From an uncultured bacterium (GTDB lineage Bacteria; Patescibacteriota; JABMPQ01; CAVVCK01), in the NCBI GenBank assembly GCA_963746775.1, contig CAVVCK010000001.1, positions 418,435-482,434 on the forward strand: 64,000 bases of DNA, written 5' to 3'. A program made the translations under genes and the position numbers. Below are positions 38,647 to 47,708 of the stretch, piece by piece. The notes under the pieces are model-generated. The model did no database searches. It was given only the letters and a program-made list of their open reading frames with translations, and was not told the origin of the DNA. Positions within the stretch are counted from its first letter, which is position 1. Every line of letters begins with the position of its first letter.

Positions 38647-39201
38647 TTATATATCTCTTTCAGGATCAATTGCTACTTTCATTTTGTCCTTAGGATCAAT
38701 TTTAATAGCAAGCATATTGCCCGGTTGGAATTTAGGAACATCAAGTCTACCGATAATAGTTTTTATTTCTGTCTGATAAGGAGAGTTGCTACCATCATAG
38801 ACCTCTAATTTTAAAGAAACAAAAGGTTGATTATTAATAGTTACTACTCCTCGTCCACTTTCTCCCAATTCGATAATTTTAGCCTTAGCTAAACGACCAT
38901 TAGCTAAAATTTTTTTTCTATCATTGCTGTTGGTAACATATTTAAATAAACTCCTAAAAGAAAATGCAGTAATAACAACGGTTAACAAAGAAATAAGAGT
39001 AATAATAATTATATTACTGGAAGAATCTTCTGTTTCTTCTGTAGTCATATTTTCAACATTACTATTTTGTTCAGAAGATAAAGAAAAGTCTGAATTATTC
39101 TGGTCTTGAGAACTGCCAGAATTAAAATAAAACACAAATAACAAAATACCTCCCGTAATAATTAAATCTGCTATAATAAACCAGATTAATTTTTTATTCA
39201 T
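38647..39201 (-). CDS. DUF3592-like membrane-anchored protein (1 TM + beta domain)
   Basis: TM helix, then GRLAKAKIIELGESGRGVVTINNQPFVSLKLEVYDGSNSPYQTEIKTIIGRLDVPKFQPGNMLAIKIDP. The same module is duplicated in the neighbouring gene. Confidence 0.4.
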   Translation of the reverse strand: MNKKLIWFIIADLIITGGILLFVFYFNSGSSQDQNNSDFSLSSEQNSNVENMTTEETEDSSSNIIIITLISLLTVVITAFSFRSLFKYVTNSNDRKKILANGRLAKAKIIELGESGRGVVTINNQPFVSLKLEVYDGSNSPYQTEIKTIIGRLDVPKFQPGNMLAIKIDPKDKMKVAIDPERDI

Positions 39202-39219
39202 TTTTTTTATAATAATTTA

Positions 39220-40329
39220 TTATTTTTTTATTTTTATTTTCTTTAAAATCTCTTTACTAGAATCAAAAACAATTTTCAACTTATTATTTGGATCAATTTT
39301 AACACAAAATTTTTTACCAGGCTGAAATTTTGGTAAATCTAATCTCCTAATAATAGTCTCCAGTTCTGTTTTATATTTTTCTGCCCCATCATCAACCTCC
39401 ATTTCCAATGCTACTAAGGGTTGTCCATTAATAGTAACTATTCCTTCAGCACTTTCTTTAATGTTTAATATAGTAGCTAAGGCAGGCTTGCCTGTTTTTA
39501 AAATTCGCTTATCATCCTTCCCTAAAAACAGATGCTTAAATAATCCCTTAAAAGAACTAAACATGCTAGTAATTAAAGCCGTAATGGCAAAAATTGCTAT
39601 TATACTTCCATAAACATCTTTATTGAATGGAATTGCCTCAGGATAATAATTTTCTAAAGCTACGAGAATACCTAAAATTGGCAATATAAACCATATATAA
39701 AATAATTTTTTAGCTTTTTTGTTTTTTGTTTGGGAATTATTTGAACTGGCAATACTGTTTTTAGATGGATTAATGGAAAAACTCGTTTGATCTATAACCA
39801 CTTCATTTGGATCATTAGGACTGATTCTAACCTTTAAATACTTTCCTTCTTGAAATTGAGGTACATACAATCTTGAAATTATAGTCTTTAAATCAACTTG
39901 GTATGGCTTTTTATTACCATCATAAATTTCTAAAGTTAGAGAAACAAAAGGTTGATCATTAACTGTAACTACTGATTCATCATTTTCGTTTAGTTTAATT
40001 ATTTTAGCACGAGCTAATCTACCTTCTTTTAAAATTTTATCGTTCTTCCCACTATTCTTAAAACTTGATATTACATCTGAAAACATATAGCCTGTAAAAA
40101 ATAAAGTTCCAATAATTATTACAGCAGAAAAAACATAAACTATCCCATCATGACTTAAGGGAATAATATTGGGATCTACTTCATCTTCAATATAAATTAG
40201 AAAAATTAAAATACCAGACAAAATAAAAACCATTATCATATAAAAGAAAAATATTGTCCATTTTTTTATTTTAATCATTTTGTTGTTTGTTTTATATTTT
40301 TTTACTTTTATAATTCTAAATTTATACAC
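39220..40329 (-). CDS. DUF3592-like membrane protein with two tandem TM + beta-domain modules
   Basis: Two repeats of (TM)-GRLARAKII...VTVNDQPFVSLTLEIYDG...PQFQEGK...V.I.PND, paralogous to 38647-39201. Confidence 0.4.
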   Translation of the reverse strand: MYKFRIIKVKKYKTNNKMIKIKKWTIFFFYMIMVFILSGILIFLIYIEDEVDPNIIPLSHDGIVYVFSAVIIIGTLFFTGYMFSDVISSFKNSGKNDKILKEGRLARAKIIKLNENDESVVTVNDQPFVSLTLEIYDGNKKPYQVDLKTIISRLYVPQFQEGKYLKVRISPNDPNEVVIDQTSFSINPSKNSIASSNNSQTKNKKAKKLFYIWFILPILGILVALENYYPEAIPFNKDVYGSIIAIFAITALITSMFSSFKGLFKHLFLGKDDKRILKTGKPALATILNIKESAEGIVTINGQPLVALEMEVDDGAEKYKTELETIIRRLDLPKFQPGKKFCVKIDPNNKLKIVFDSSKEILKKIKIKK

Positions 40330-40500
40330 TGTCTGAATTTAACCTAAACATAAATAATAGTTTATCTTTTTATTATCAACCTACTTAAAACAATATTAGA
40401 TTTTTCTTCTTTTATTAAGTATAAATATCAAAATTTATATTCTTTTACATATTTATTATAGCATATTTTTCAATTCTAGTAAAGCAATGCTTTAAAAAAT

Positions 40501-40537
40501 AAAAAGGATCCTGATATTAGAATCCTTTTTATTTTTT
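40501..40537 (-). terminator. bidirectional intrinsic terminator AAAAAGGAT-(loop)-ATCCTTTTT flanked by an A-run and a T-run
   Basis: 9-bp stem. Both strands read hairpin plus a T-tract. Immediately after the pilB stop. Confidence 0.7.
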
Positions 40538-40549
40538 AAAATATAATTC

Positions 40550-42217
40550 TTAATCTACTACTCTTCTAACTTCATCCAAGTCAGTAACTCCCTCAATAAT
40601 TTTTAAAAGTCCATCTTGTTCCATAGTCATCATACCTTGTTCAACAGCGGCATGAAATATATCCTGAGAAGATGCCCTCTGATTAATTAAAGCTTCTATT
40701 TTTTCATCAACTTGAAATATTTCATAGATGCCCATTCGACCAGAGTAACCTGTTTCATGGCAATCATGGCATCCCTTCTCCTTGGCTTTGTATATTTCTT
40801 TTAAGCCTTCTTGGGGATAAAATTTACCTAGTTTATTTTTTAATTCTTCAATTAATTTTTCTTCTGGCTTATATGATTCTCTACATTTTTTACATAATTT
40901 TCTAACTAATCTCTGGCCTATTACCACAGATAAAGCTGGTCCTATAGTATAAGGCCTAACTCCCATATTTACCAAACGCGGAATAGCCCCGGCAGCATCA
41001 TTAGTATGTAGGGTTGAAAATACTATATGCCCAGTTAGAGCTGCTTGAGCAGCAATATCAGCTGTCTCATAATCACGAATTTCACCTACCATTATTATAT
41101 CTGGGTCTTGCCTTAGAATAGACCGTAAACCGTTGGCAAAAGTCATATCTTTTTCCTCATCAATTTGTGTCTGCACTATTCCCTCAAGTCTATATTCTAT
41201 AGGATTTTCTAGGGTTATAATTTTAATTTCTGAAGATTTAACTTCATTTAAACAAGAGTATAGAGTAGTGGTTTTACCAGAACCAGTAGGACCTGTAGTT
41301 AAAATCAATCCTGTAGGTTTAGCTATTTCTTTTTTTAATAGTTTTAATTCTCTCTCTCTGAATCCTAAGTCATCTAACTTTAATTTCATCGCCCCTACCC
41401 CCAAAAGACGCATTACTATTGATTCACCATATCCAGAAGGTAGAACTGAAACCCTAATATCTATTTCAAGATCACCTGAAGTTATAGTAAATCTGCCATC
41501 TTGCGGAATATCGGATACATTTAACTTTAATCTTGCTAAATATTTGATTCTAGATAATATTTTTGGATAAGCTTCCTGGGCAATCTTAGTTATTTCTTGC
41601 AAAACACCGTCAATACGATAACGCAAAACAATATCTTCTTCTGCTGGCTCAACATGTATATCTGAAGAATTAGTTAAAAGCGCCCCAGCAAAAATAATAT
41701 CAATAACTTCTGTAGTTGATACTTTTCTAATTAAAGATCTTAAATCAGATACATTTTTTACCATTTTTCTAGCTTCTTCAAGCTCCTTTTCGCTTATTTC
41801 AACTTTCTCGATAGTTTTTTTAGAAACTAATACCTGACTATAAAAATTATAAGCATATTTAAAACTGACTTCGGATATTAGAAAAATGGTAATTTCATAT
41901 TTTTTTTCTTTTAAATCTACTATAACCTTTTCTGCTTTTTTATTATTAACATCGACTATACCAATTTTGAGAATATTATCTTTTTCATAAAAAGGTATAA
42001 TTTTAGCCAATATAGCATCTTTTTTGGAAACCAAAAGCAGAGCCTCTTTATCAATAGGAAAGCCTTTTAAATTAATATAAGGTATCCCTAGTGTCTGGGA
42101 TTTTTCAATAGTCAGTCTTTCTAGAGCATCTTCATTTAAATTGGTTAACTTTTCTTTTAATCTTTTTTCTCTTTCTTCTTCTAATTCTTCATTGGTAACT
42201 ATTTTTGTTTTTACCAT
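40550..42217 (-). CDS. pilB: type IV pilus / type II secretion assembly ATPase (GspE/PilB family)
   Basis: Walker A ILTTGPTGSGKTTT. Asp/His boxes VGEIRD...TGHIVFSTLHTNDAAGAI. C-terminal tetracysteine CKKC...CHDCHETG. Confidence 0.85.
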   Translation of the reverse strand: MVKTKIVTNEELEEEREKRLKEKLTNLNEDALERLTIEKSQTLGIPYINLKGFPIDKEALLLVSKKDAILAKIIPFYEKDNILKIGIVDVNNKKAEKVIVDLKEKKYEITIFLISEVSFKYAYNFYSQVLVSKKTIEKVEISEKELEEARKMVKNVSDLRSLIRKVSTTEVIDIIFAGALLTNSSDIHVEPAEEDIVLRYRIDGVLQEITKIAQEAYPKILSRIKYLARLKLNVSDIPQDGRFTITSGDLEIDIRVSVLPSGYGESIVMRLLGVGAMKLKLDDLGFRERELKLLKKEIAKPTGLILTTGPTGSGKTTTLYSCLNEVKSSEIKIITLENPIEYRLEGIVQTQIDEEKDMTFANGLRSILRQDPDIIMVGEIRDYETADIAAQAALTGHIVFSTLHTNDAAGAIPRLVNMGVRPYTIGPALSVVIGQRLVRKLCKKCRESYKPEEKLIEELKNKLGKFYPQEGLKEIYKAKEKGCHDCHETGYSGRMGIYEIFQVDEKIEALINQRASSQDIFHAAVEQGMMTMEQDGLLKIIEGVTDLDEVRRVVD

Positions 42218-42240
42218 ATTTTTTAGCCGAGCTATAATTT

Positions 42241-42435
42241 TTATTCTTCTATGCTAATGCATTGTACTGGACAAGAATCTGCTGCCTGTTTATTACAGCC
42301 CAATTCTTCTACTTCAGTTTTTTTTGGATAAGCCTTGCCATTATCTTTCATTTCCCAATTGGAAGGACATAGGCTAACGCAAGTACCACAGCCTATGCAT
42401 TTTTCCATATCTTGTTTTATTTTATATTTCGCCAT
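42241..42435 (-). CDS. 4Fe-4S ferredoxin
   Basis: CIGCGTCVSLCP and CNKQAADSCPVQC cysteine clusters. 64 aa. Confidence 0.75.
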   Translation of the reverse strand: MAKYKIKQDMEKCIGCGTCVSLCPSNWEMKDNGKAYPKKTEVEELGCNKQAADSCPVQCISIEE

Positions 42436-42528
42436 TTTTTTAACTTGTTTATAAATATTTTATATTCTATCAAAAATAAAACAAAAATAAAACATTATCT
42501 TGAATTATGCTTAATCTTATACAAAATA

Positions 42529-43662
42529 CTATGATATTTTTGTTTTTATTTTTTCAAACACAAGCTGCTCTACTTCGAATAGTGTTTTATCTTTAAAACT
42601 AATATGTATTAAATCATTTTGAGCAGAAACATTAAAACGCTTTGATAAAATCTCCAAATTTGATTTCTTTAAAGTTTTAATTAATCCACTTATTTCATTT
42701 TCTTTTTCATACAAAATAATAATGATTTCGGCTTCGGTTATAGAAGCTGCTAACTCATCTTCTATACCCACTAAATCTTTTTCACTAGAATTAGTTTTTT
42801 TAAAATCATCACGAGTTATTAATGTCCAAACAATTTTATAATCATTATCAAATTTTATTCTGGCTAATGCCCTTCCCCATAGCTTTAAACTATCTAAAGA
42901 TTTATTTTTATACAGGCTTTGAATAATTTTTTGTTGATCAGCCCCTAGTGATATTAATTCAGAAGCCAGGTTAAATGCTTGAGGAGTAGTATTAGCTGCC
43001 TGAAAGCTTCTGGTTGAAAATATGATACTAGATAAAATGCAGGTAGCAATCTTAGAATCTATAGCATTTTTATCAAAAAACTCCAAAAATGGATACAAAA
43101 CTTCTGCCGTAGATGAAGCCTTTAAATCAACAATATTAACTTCCCCAAAGAGTTCATTAGCTGACTGATTATCAATATTAATAATAGGAGTTTCATAAAA
43201 AAGTTCGGTATTTTGATTATACACAGTTCCTATTGATTCTAAATCCAAGCTACCTATGCAAATTATTAAATCATATTGCGAACCAACTTTCTTGGTAGTA
43301 ATATGTTTTGAATCATAATCACCATTTTTAGGAGTGATGTAGATATTTAATTTATTACCATCATTATCAAAATCATAGCTGAATTGACCAATTTTTGTTT
43401 CGGAAGTATCCAGCGTAATTACAAAATTTTTATTATTCTTTAAATTATCTCTTACCTTGTCAAAATAAGGTAAAAATGAAAAAGCGGGATCTAATTTTCC
43501 ATTTGCCACCATATCAACTTCCTTATCTATTTTTTCCAAAGCAATTCCTAGGGCTAAAAGACTACCAATAGAATCAGCTTCTGGATTTTCTTTAGTTACT
43601 AATAAAATTTTTTTACTTTTTTGGATTAATTCAAATCCTTGCTGTTTTGGAGATAATTCCAT
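42529..43662 (-). CDS. DHH-family phosphoesterase-like protein (NrnA-like) with substituted catalytic motifs
   Basis: Motif I region PEADSIGS. Motif II LDTSE. Motif III reads IDNQ instead of DHH. Confidence 0.5.
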   Translation of the reverse strand: MELSPKQQGFELIQKSKKILLVTKENPEADSIGSLLALGIALEKIDKEVDMVANGKLDPAFSFLPYFDKVRDNLKNNKNFVITLDTSETKIGQFSYDFDNDGNKLNIYITPKNGDYDSKHITTKKVGSQYDLIICIGSLDLESIGTVYNQNTELFYETPIINIDNQSANELFGEVNIVDLKASSTAEVLYPFLEFFDKNAIDSKIATCILSSIIFSTRSFQAANTTPQAFNLASELISLGADQQKIIQSLYKNKSLDSLKLWGRALARIKFDNDYKIVWTLITRDDFKKTNSSEKDLVGIEDELAASITEAEIIIILYEKENEISGLIKTLKKSNLEILSKRFNVSAQNDLIHISFKDKTLFEVEQLVFEKIKTKIS

Positions 43663-43744
43663 GTAATTTGTTTAAGCTATAACCTACAGTATTTTTAAAC
43701 TGAATATTGTATTTTATATTAACCAAAAAAGTGTGTCAACATAG

Positions 43745-43847
43745 ATCACGTACGAAATTCCGTGGTTATTAAAAAAATTATATAAGTTAATAAGTATTTA
43801 TTTACCCCAAAAAACATTTCTTTTAACTTTAGAATTTCGTACGTGAT
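43745..43847. promoter_or_regulatory. pair of perfectly inverted 16-bp sites ATCACGTACGAAATTC / GAATTTCGTACGTGAT flanking a 71-bp AT-rich spacer; third copy (ACTTTCGTACGTAGT) at 44475-44489
   Basis: Exact inverted repeat read from the sequence. Motif WTTTCGTACGTRRT occurs three times in about 750 bp, upstream of tsaE and trxA. Confidence 0.5.
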
Positions 43848-43922
43848 GGATAAAATATAGTTTTGTGTTAATATAATATTAAGAAAAATGTAGCTTTTAT
43901 ATTTTCAATATATTTAATTATT

Positions 43923-44417
43923 TTGGTAATTTTTTTAAATACTTTATATTTTTATAGACAAATGAACTTAAAAATCTTATCTAAAGACAGAAAACAAACT
44001 CAAAATATTGCTATAAATTTAGCTAAAAGTTTGGATTACGGCTTAACTATAGCCTTCGAAGGTAATTTAGGCTCAGGTAAAACTACCTTTATCCAAGGAT
44101 TGGCTCTTGGTTTGAATATTAAGGAAAAAATATCAAGCCCAACTTTTGTAATTTTTAAAAAATACAAGGTTTTAAATCATAAAAAAATAAATTGGCTTTA
44201 TCATTTTGATTTATACAGAATTAAAAATATTGAAGAAATAATTGATTTAGATTTTGAAGAAATTATCAGTGATAGAAATTCAGTCGTAGCTATTGAATGG
44301 GCCGAAAAAATTCATAAATTACTACCGAAAAATACTTTAAAAATAAAGATAACCCATGTAAATAAAAACTCTAGAAAAATTATTTTTAGTGAACAGCATA
44401 CAAAAAAATATCTCTAG
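43923..44417 (+). CDS. tsaE: tRNA threonylcarbamoyladenosine biosynthesis ATPase TsaE
   Basis: P-loop AFEGNLGSGKTTFIQGL, SPTFVIFKKY, HFDLYR. The likely true start is MNLKILSK at 43962. Confidence 0.8.
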   Translation: MVIFLNTLYFYRQMNLKILSKDRKQTQNIAINLAKSLDYGLTIAFEGNLGSGKTTFIQGLALGLNIKEKISSPTFVIFKKYKVLNHKKINWLYHFDLYRIKNIEEIIDLDFEEIISDRNSVVAIEWAEKIHKLLPKNTLKIKITHVNKNSRKIIFSEQHTKKYL

Positions 44418-44563
44418 TAGATAGTTTGAACCATCTAATAGAATAAATATCTTAAATCTCTAATTATGTTAAAAACTTTCGTACGTAGTAAATAAATATA
44501 CGTTTGACCATAATTATTTAGTAAATTATAATAAAATAATATTATAATAATTAATTCAAAATT

Positions 44564-44890
44564 ATGTCTATTGTAAAATTGTCCGGTGAAAATTTTCAAG
44601 AAGAAGTTATGAATTCTGATTTACCAGTCCTAGTAGATTTCTACGCAGAATGGTGTGGTCCATGTAAAATGATTTCTCCTATTATCGATGAAATAGCCGA
44701 ATCTTATAGCGGAAAAATTAAAGTAGGAAAATTAGATATAGATCAAGCTCAAGATATCGCTTCAAGCCAAGGTGTTATGAGTATTCCCACTCTAATATTC
44801 TTTAAAAATGGACAAAAAGTAGAAGAGAATACGGGCGCCCTAGATAAGGGACAATTAGAAGAATTAATTCAAAAAGTAATTGAAGCATAG
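44564..44890 (+). CDS. trxA: thioredoxin
   Basis: WCGPCK active site. 108 aa. Confidence 0.9.
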   Translation: MSIVKLSGENFQEEVMNSDLPVLVDFYAEWCGPCKMISPIIDEIAESYSGKIKVGKLDIDQAQDIASSQGVMSIPTLIFFKNGQKVEENTGALDKGQLEELIQKVIEA

Positions 44891-44940
44891 CTTGATTTGA
44901 AATATTATAACTCAAAAAATAAAAATAAATTAAAAATATT

Positions 44941-45387
44941 ATGTCTGATTATTATACACTCATTCCAAATTTTAAAGATGAAATTAATGCTTTCTTAAAT
45001 CAATCAAAAAATATTGCTTTTATTGGAATTAATAAAGATCCTAAATCACTCAGTTATAAGATATTTGAAAATTTAAAAAATGATTTAAATGTACTACCGA
45101 TTAGTGAAGAAATAGAAATTTTAAATAAAAAGTGTTATGCCAATCTTTCCGAAATTAAATGTAAATTAGATGCAGCTATAATAGTAACAACTACCCAAAA
45201 AACACTTAAAGCCTGCCAGGAATGTTTTGAAAATAAAATTTTAAATGTCTGGATAGAAATTGGTAGTGAAAGTAAGGAGGCACTTGATTATTGTAAAGAT
45301 AAAAATATGAATGTTGTTTATTTACACTCTATCTTAAAAGAAAGAATAAATCCTTCTTCGAAGTATAAATCCAAAAAAGAAAGTTAA
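44941..45387 (+). CDS. CoA-binding domain protein (YccU-like)
   Basis: NIAFIGINKDPKSLSYKIF...AAIIVTTTQ...VWIEIGSES pattern. 148 aa. Confidence 0.5.
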   Translation: MSDYYTLIPNFKDEINAFLNQSKNIAFIGINKDPKSLSYKIFENLKNDLNVLPISEEIEILNKKCYANLSEIKCKLDAAIIVTTTQKTLKACQECFENKILNVWIEIGSESKEALDYCKDKNMNVVYLHSILKERINPSSKYKSKKES

Positions 45388-45399
45388 ATTAACAATTTA

Positions 45400-46107
45400 A
45401 TGACATTTTTAACCGTTATTTGGTATATAATTATTGCCCTAATCCCTGGGATATTTTGGATTTGGTTTTATCGAAGAAAAGATAAAAATCCTGAACCTAG
45501 AAAATTAATTATAAAGATATTTTTAGCTGGTATGGCTATAACCTTGCCAGCTATAGTTTTTGAATATGCCGCTGAATTTTTTTTCCCTTTTATTGATGCG
45601 GAAAATCTCTTAACTATTATTTTTGCTTCTTTATTTATAGTAGCTCCAATAGAAGAATATTTAAAATATTACGTAGTAAAAAAAGTAGCCTTTAAAAATA
45701 AAGCTTTTGATGAACCAATAGATGGGATAATCTATGGTGTAGTGGCTGGTTTGGGCTTTGCTTCTTTGGAAAATTTAATAGTAATATCAGCTGAAGGTCA
45801 GGGTATAATTGTCCTGCGCTTTGCCACCGCCACCCTAATGCATGCCATTACTACTGGTATGGTTGGCTACTACTTAAGCATAAATAAATTTTCTACTCAA
45901 GATGATAAAAAGAAAAATCCTATTTGGAAAGGTCTTATAATAGCAATTGCTATACATGGTATTTATAATTCTATTGTCTCTACTCAAACTATTCTAACTT
46001 TGTTTATTTTAATTGCCTTTTTAATTAGCATGTATATAATACTAGCATTTAGAATAAAAAAATTAAAAGATATGGATCATTTTTCAAAAAAAGTTACCAT
46101 TGCTTAA
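45400..46107 (+). CDS. PrsW-family intramembrane metalloprotease
   Basis: Polytopic. EEYLK (EExxK), ATATLMHAITTG (FxxxH-like), AIAIHGIYN (HxxxN). Confidence 0.6.
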   Translation: MTFLTVIWYIIIALIPGIFWIWFYRRKDKNPEPRKLIIKIFLAGMAITLPAIVFEYAAEFFFPFIDAENLLTIIFASLFIVAPIEEYLKYYVVKKVAFKNKAFDEPIDGIIYGVVAGLGFASLENLIVISAEGQGIIVLRFATATLMHAITTGMVGYYLSINKFSTQDDKKKNPIWKGLIIAIAIHGIYNSIVSTQTILTLFILIAFLISMYIILAFRIKKLKDMDHFSKKVTIA

Positions 46108-46159
46108 AATTAATTTTATTTTATAATAAAAGTATTAACTATCTATAATTTTAAAAAAT

Positions 46160-46642
46160 ATGTCAGAAAAAAACAAAAAATCTTTTTTTAGTAAATTACT
46201 TAAAAATAAAAATACTGAGGAAAAATTAGAAGATACTCAGTTTAATAATACTAAAAATATTCAAACAAAAACTAAACAAGATCAAGAAGAATGGGCAGCA
46301 GATTATGAGGGACAATTGACTATTGATGTTTATCAAACAGATGAAGATATTATCATTAAGTCTACTATTGCTGGAGTAACTCCAGAAGATATCGATATTA
46401 CTATCGATAATGATATGGTTATCATAAAAGGTGAAAGAAAAAATTGTACTACTGCCCGCGAAGAAGATTATTATTATCAAGAATGTTATTGGGGATCTTT
46501 TTCAAGATCAGTAATTCTACCTTGCGATATTGAAGCAGATAAAATACAAGCAGAATTAAAAAATGGCATCCTAACTGTTACACTACCAAAAGCACATAAA
46601 TCAAAATCAAAAAAAATATCTGTTAAATCCCTAGAAGAATAA
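46160..46642 (+). CDS. Hsp20/alpha-crystallin family small heat-shock protein
   Basis: Alpha-crystallin domain LTIDVYQTDEDIIIKSTIAGV...GSFSRSVILPCDIEADKIQAELKNGILTVTLPK. Confidence 0.8.
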   Translation: MSEKNKKSFFSKLLKNKNTEEKLEDTQFNNTKNIQTKTKQDQEEWAADYEGQLTIDVYQTDEDIIIKSTIAGVTPEDIDITIDNDMVIIKGERKNCTTAREEDYYYQECYWGSFSRSVILPCDIEADKIQAELKNGILTVTLPKAHKSKSKKISVKSLEE

Positions 46643-46670
46643 GCTAAAAAATAAATTAATAAATAATATA

Positions 46671-46703
46671 AAAAAATTCCAACAAATAGTTGGAATTTTT
46701 TAT
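46671..46703. terminator. bidirectional intrinsic terminator AATTCCAAC-AAATA-GTTGGAATT with flanking A6 and T5
   Basis: 9-bp stem between convergent genes hsp20 (+) and the first pilin-like gene (-). Confidence 0.75.
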
Positions 46704-46726
46704 TGTATACAATATAACAGTAATAA

Positions 46727-47143
46727 TTAGGCAACAAATAAAGCCTGAATTACATAACGACTGATAGCAAAGGCAATAGCGATAATAACTACACCAATAA
46801 TCGCATATAACATGATTTTCTTACCTGTTTCTATTCTCTCCTCATTACCTATTGAAGTTGCATAAACAACACCACCATAAACAAATAAAGCAACTAAAAC
46901 AACACCTAATATTCCTACTACCCAACTAATAATTCTAGCAACAAAATCTGGAAGATTTACATCTTGTGCTAAACCCGTATCTTGTACATCATCTAAAGTA
47001 GCTGCTGGATCACCTGCTGTTACGCCAGCACCATCACCAGGAGCAGCCAATACTGGAGTAAAAAGAGTAAACATTAAAGTTAAAGCAAATAAAAAACTGC
47101 CTATAACCATGTATAATTTAGCCATTTTTTTCATTCCATTCAC
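46727..47143 (-). CDS. VirB2/TrbC-like (T4SS-type) pilin-like protein, paralog 1 of 6
   Basis: Signal peptide. Conserved C-terminal module IISWVVGILGVVLVALFVYGGVVYATSIGNEERIETGKKIMLYAIIGVVIIAIAF (helix-loop-helix). Confidence 0.55.
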   Translation of the reverse strand: MNGMKKMAKLYMVIGSFLFALTLMFTLFTPVLAAPGDGAGVTAGDPAATLDDVQDTGLAQDVNLPDFVARIISWVVGILGVVLVALFVYGGVVYATSIGNEERIETGKKIMLYAIIGVVIIAIAFAISRYVIQALFVA

Positions 47144-47251
47144 CTCCTTTCAATATATTTTTATCATTTAATAAAATAAATGCCTTATTTTGTAAGTATA
47201 GCACAATTTATCATATAAATACAGACTTTCTCTAAATTATTCAGGTAAAAT

Positions 47252-47683
47252 TTATCTGCTGCCACTACTACCACTACTGCCACCACCATTATTTTGTGAC
47301 CAGTCACTTTGGTCAGTAAACAAGCCTTCAATAACATAATTAGTAATTGCAAAAGATAGGGCGACTACAACAATTCCTATAATAGCATAAGTTAAAACTT
47401 TTTTAGCCTTATCTATTTGCTCACCACCAGCTGAAGTAGCATATAACACACCTCCGTAAATTAATAAAACTAGAAATATAATCCCTATAATACCTACTAT
47501 TATATTTATTATCCTAATTATCGTTCCTGACAAACTTTGATTAGCTGAAAAAAAAGAATTATCTGAACTATTGTCAAAATTTTCTAATCCAAATTGAGCC
47601 AGTACTTGATTAGAAATTAATAAAAAACATGCTAAAAAAAACATAAAAATTAGACAAAATAAAACTGCTTTTTTTAACATCAA
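47252..47683 (-). CDS. VirB2/TrbC-like pilin-like protein, paralog 2 of 6, with Gly/Ser-rich C-terminal tail
   Basis: IYGGVLYATSAGGEQIDKAKKVLTYAIIGIVVVALSF module followed by NGGGSSGSSGSR. Confidence 0.55.
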   Translation of the reverse strand: MMLKKAVLFCLIFMFFLACFLLISNQVLAQFGLENFDNSSDNSFFSANQSLSGTIIRIINIIVGIIGIIFLVLLIYGGVLYATSAGGEQIDKAKKVLTYAIIGIVVVALSFAITNYVIEGLFTDQSDWSQNNGGGSSGSSGSR

Positions 47684-47708
47684 TTTTTAAATAATTTATA
47701 TTTACAAT

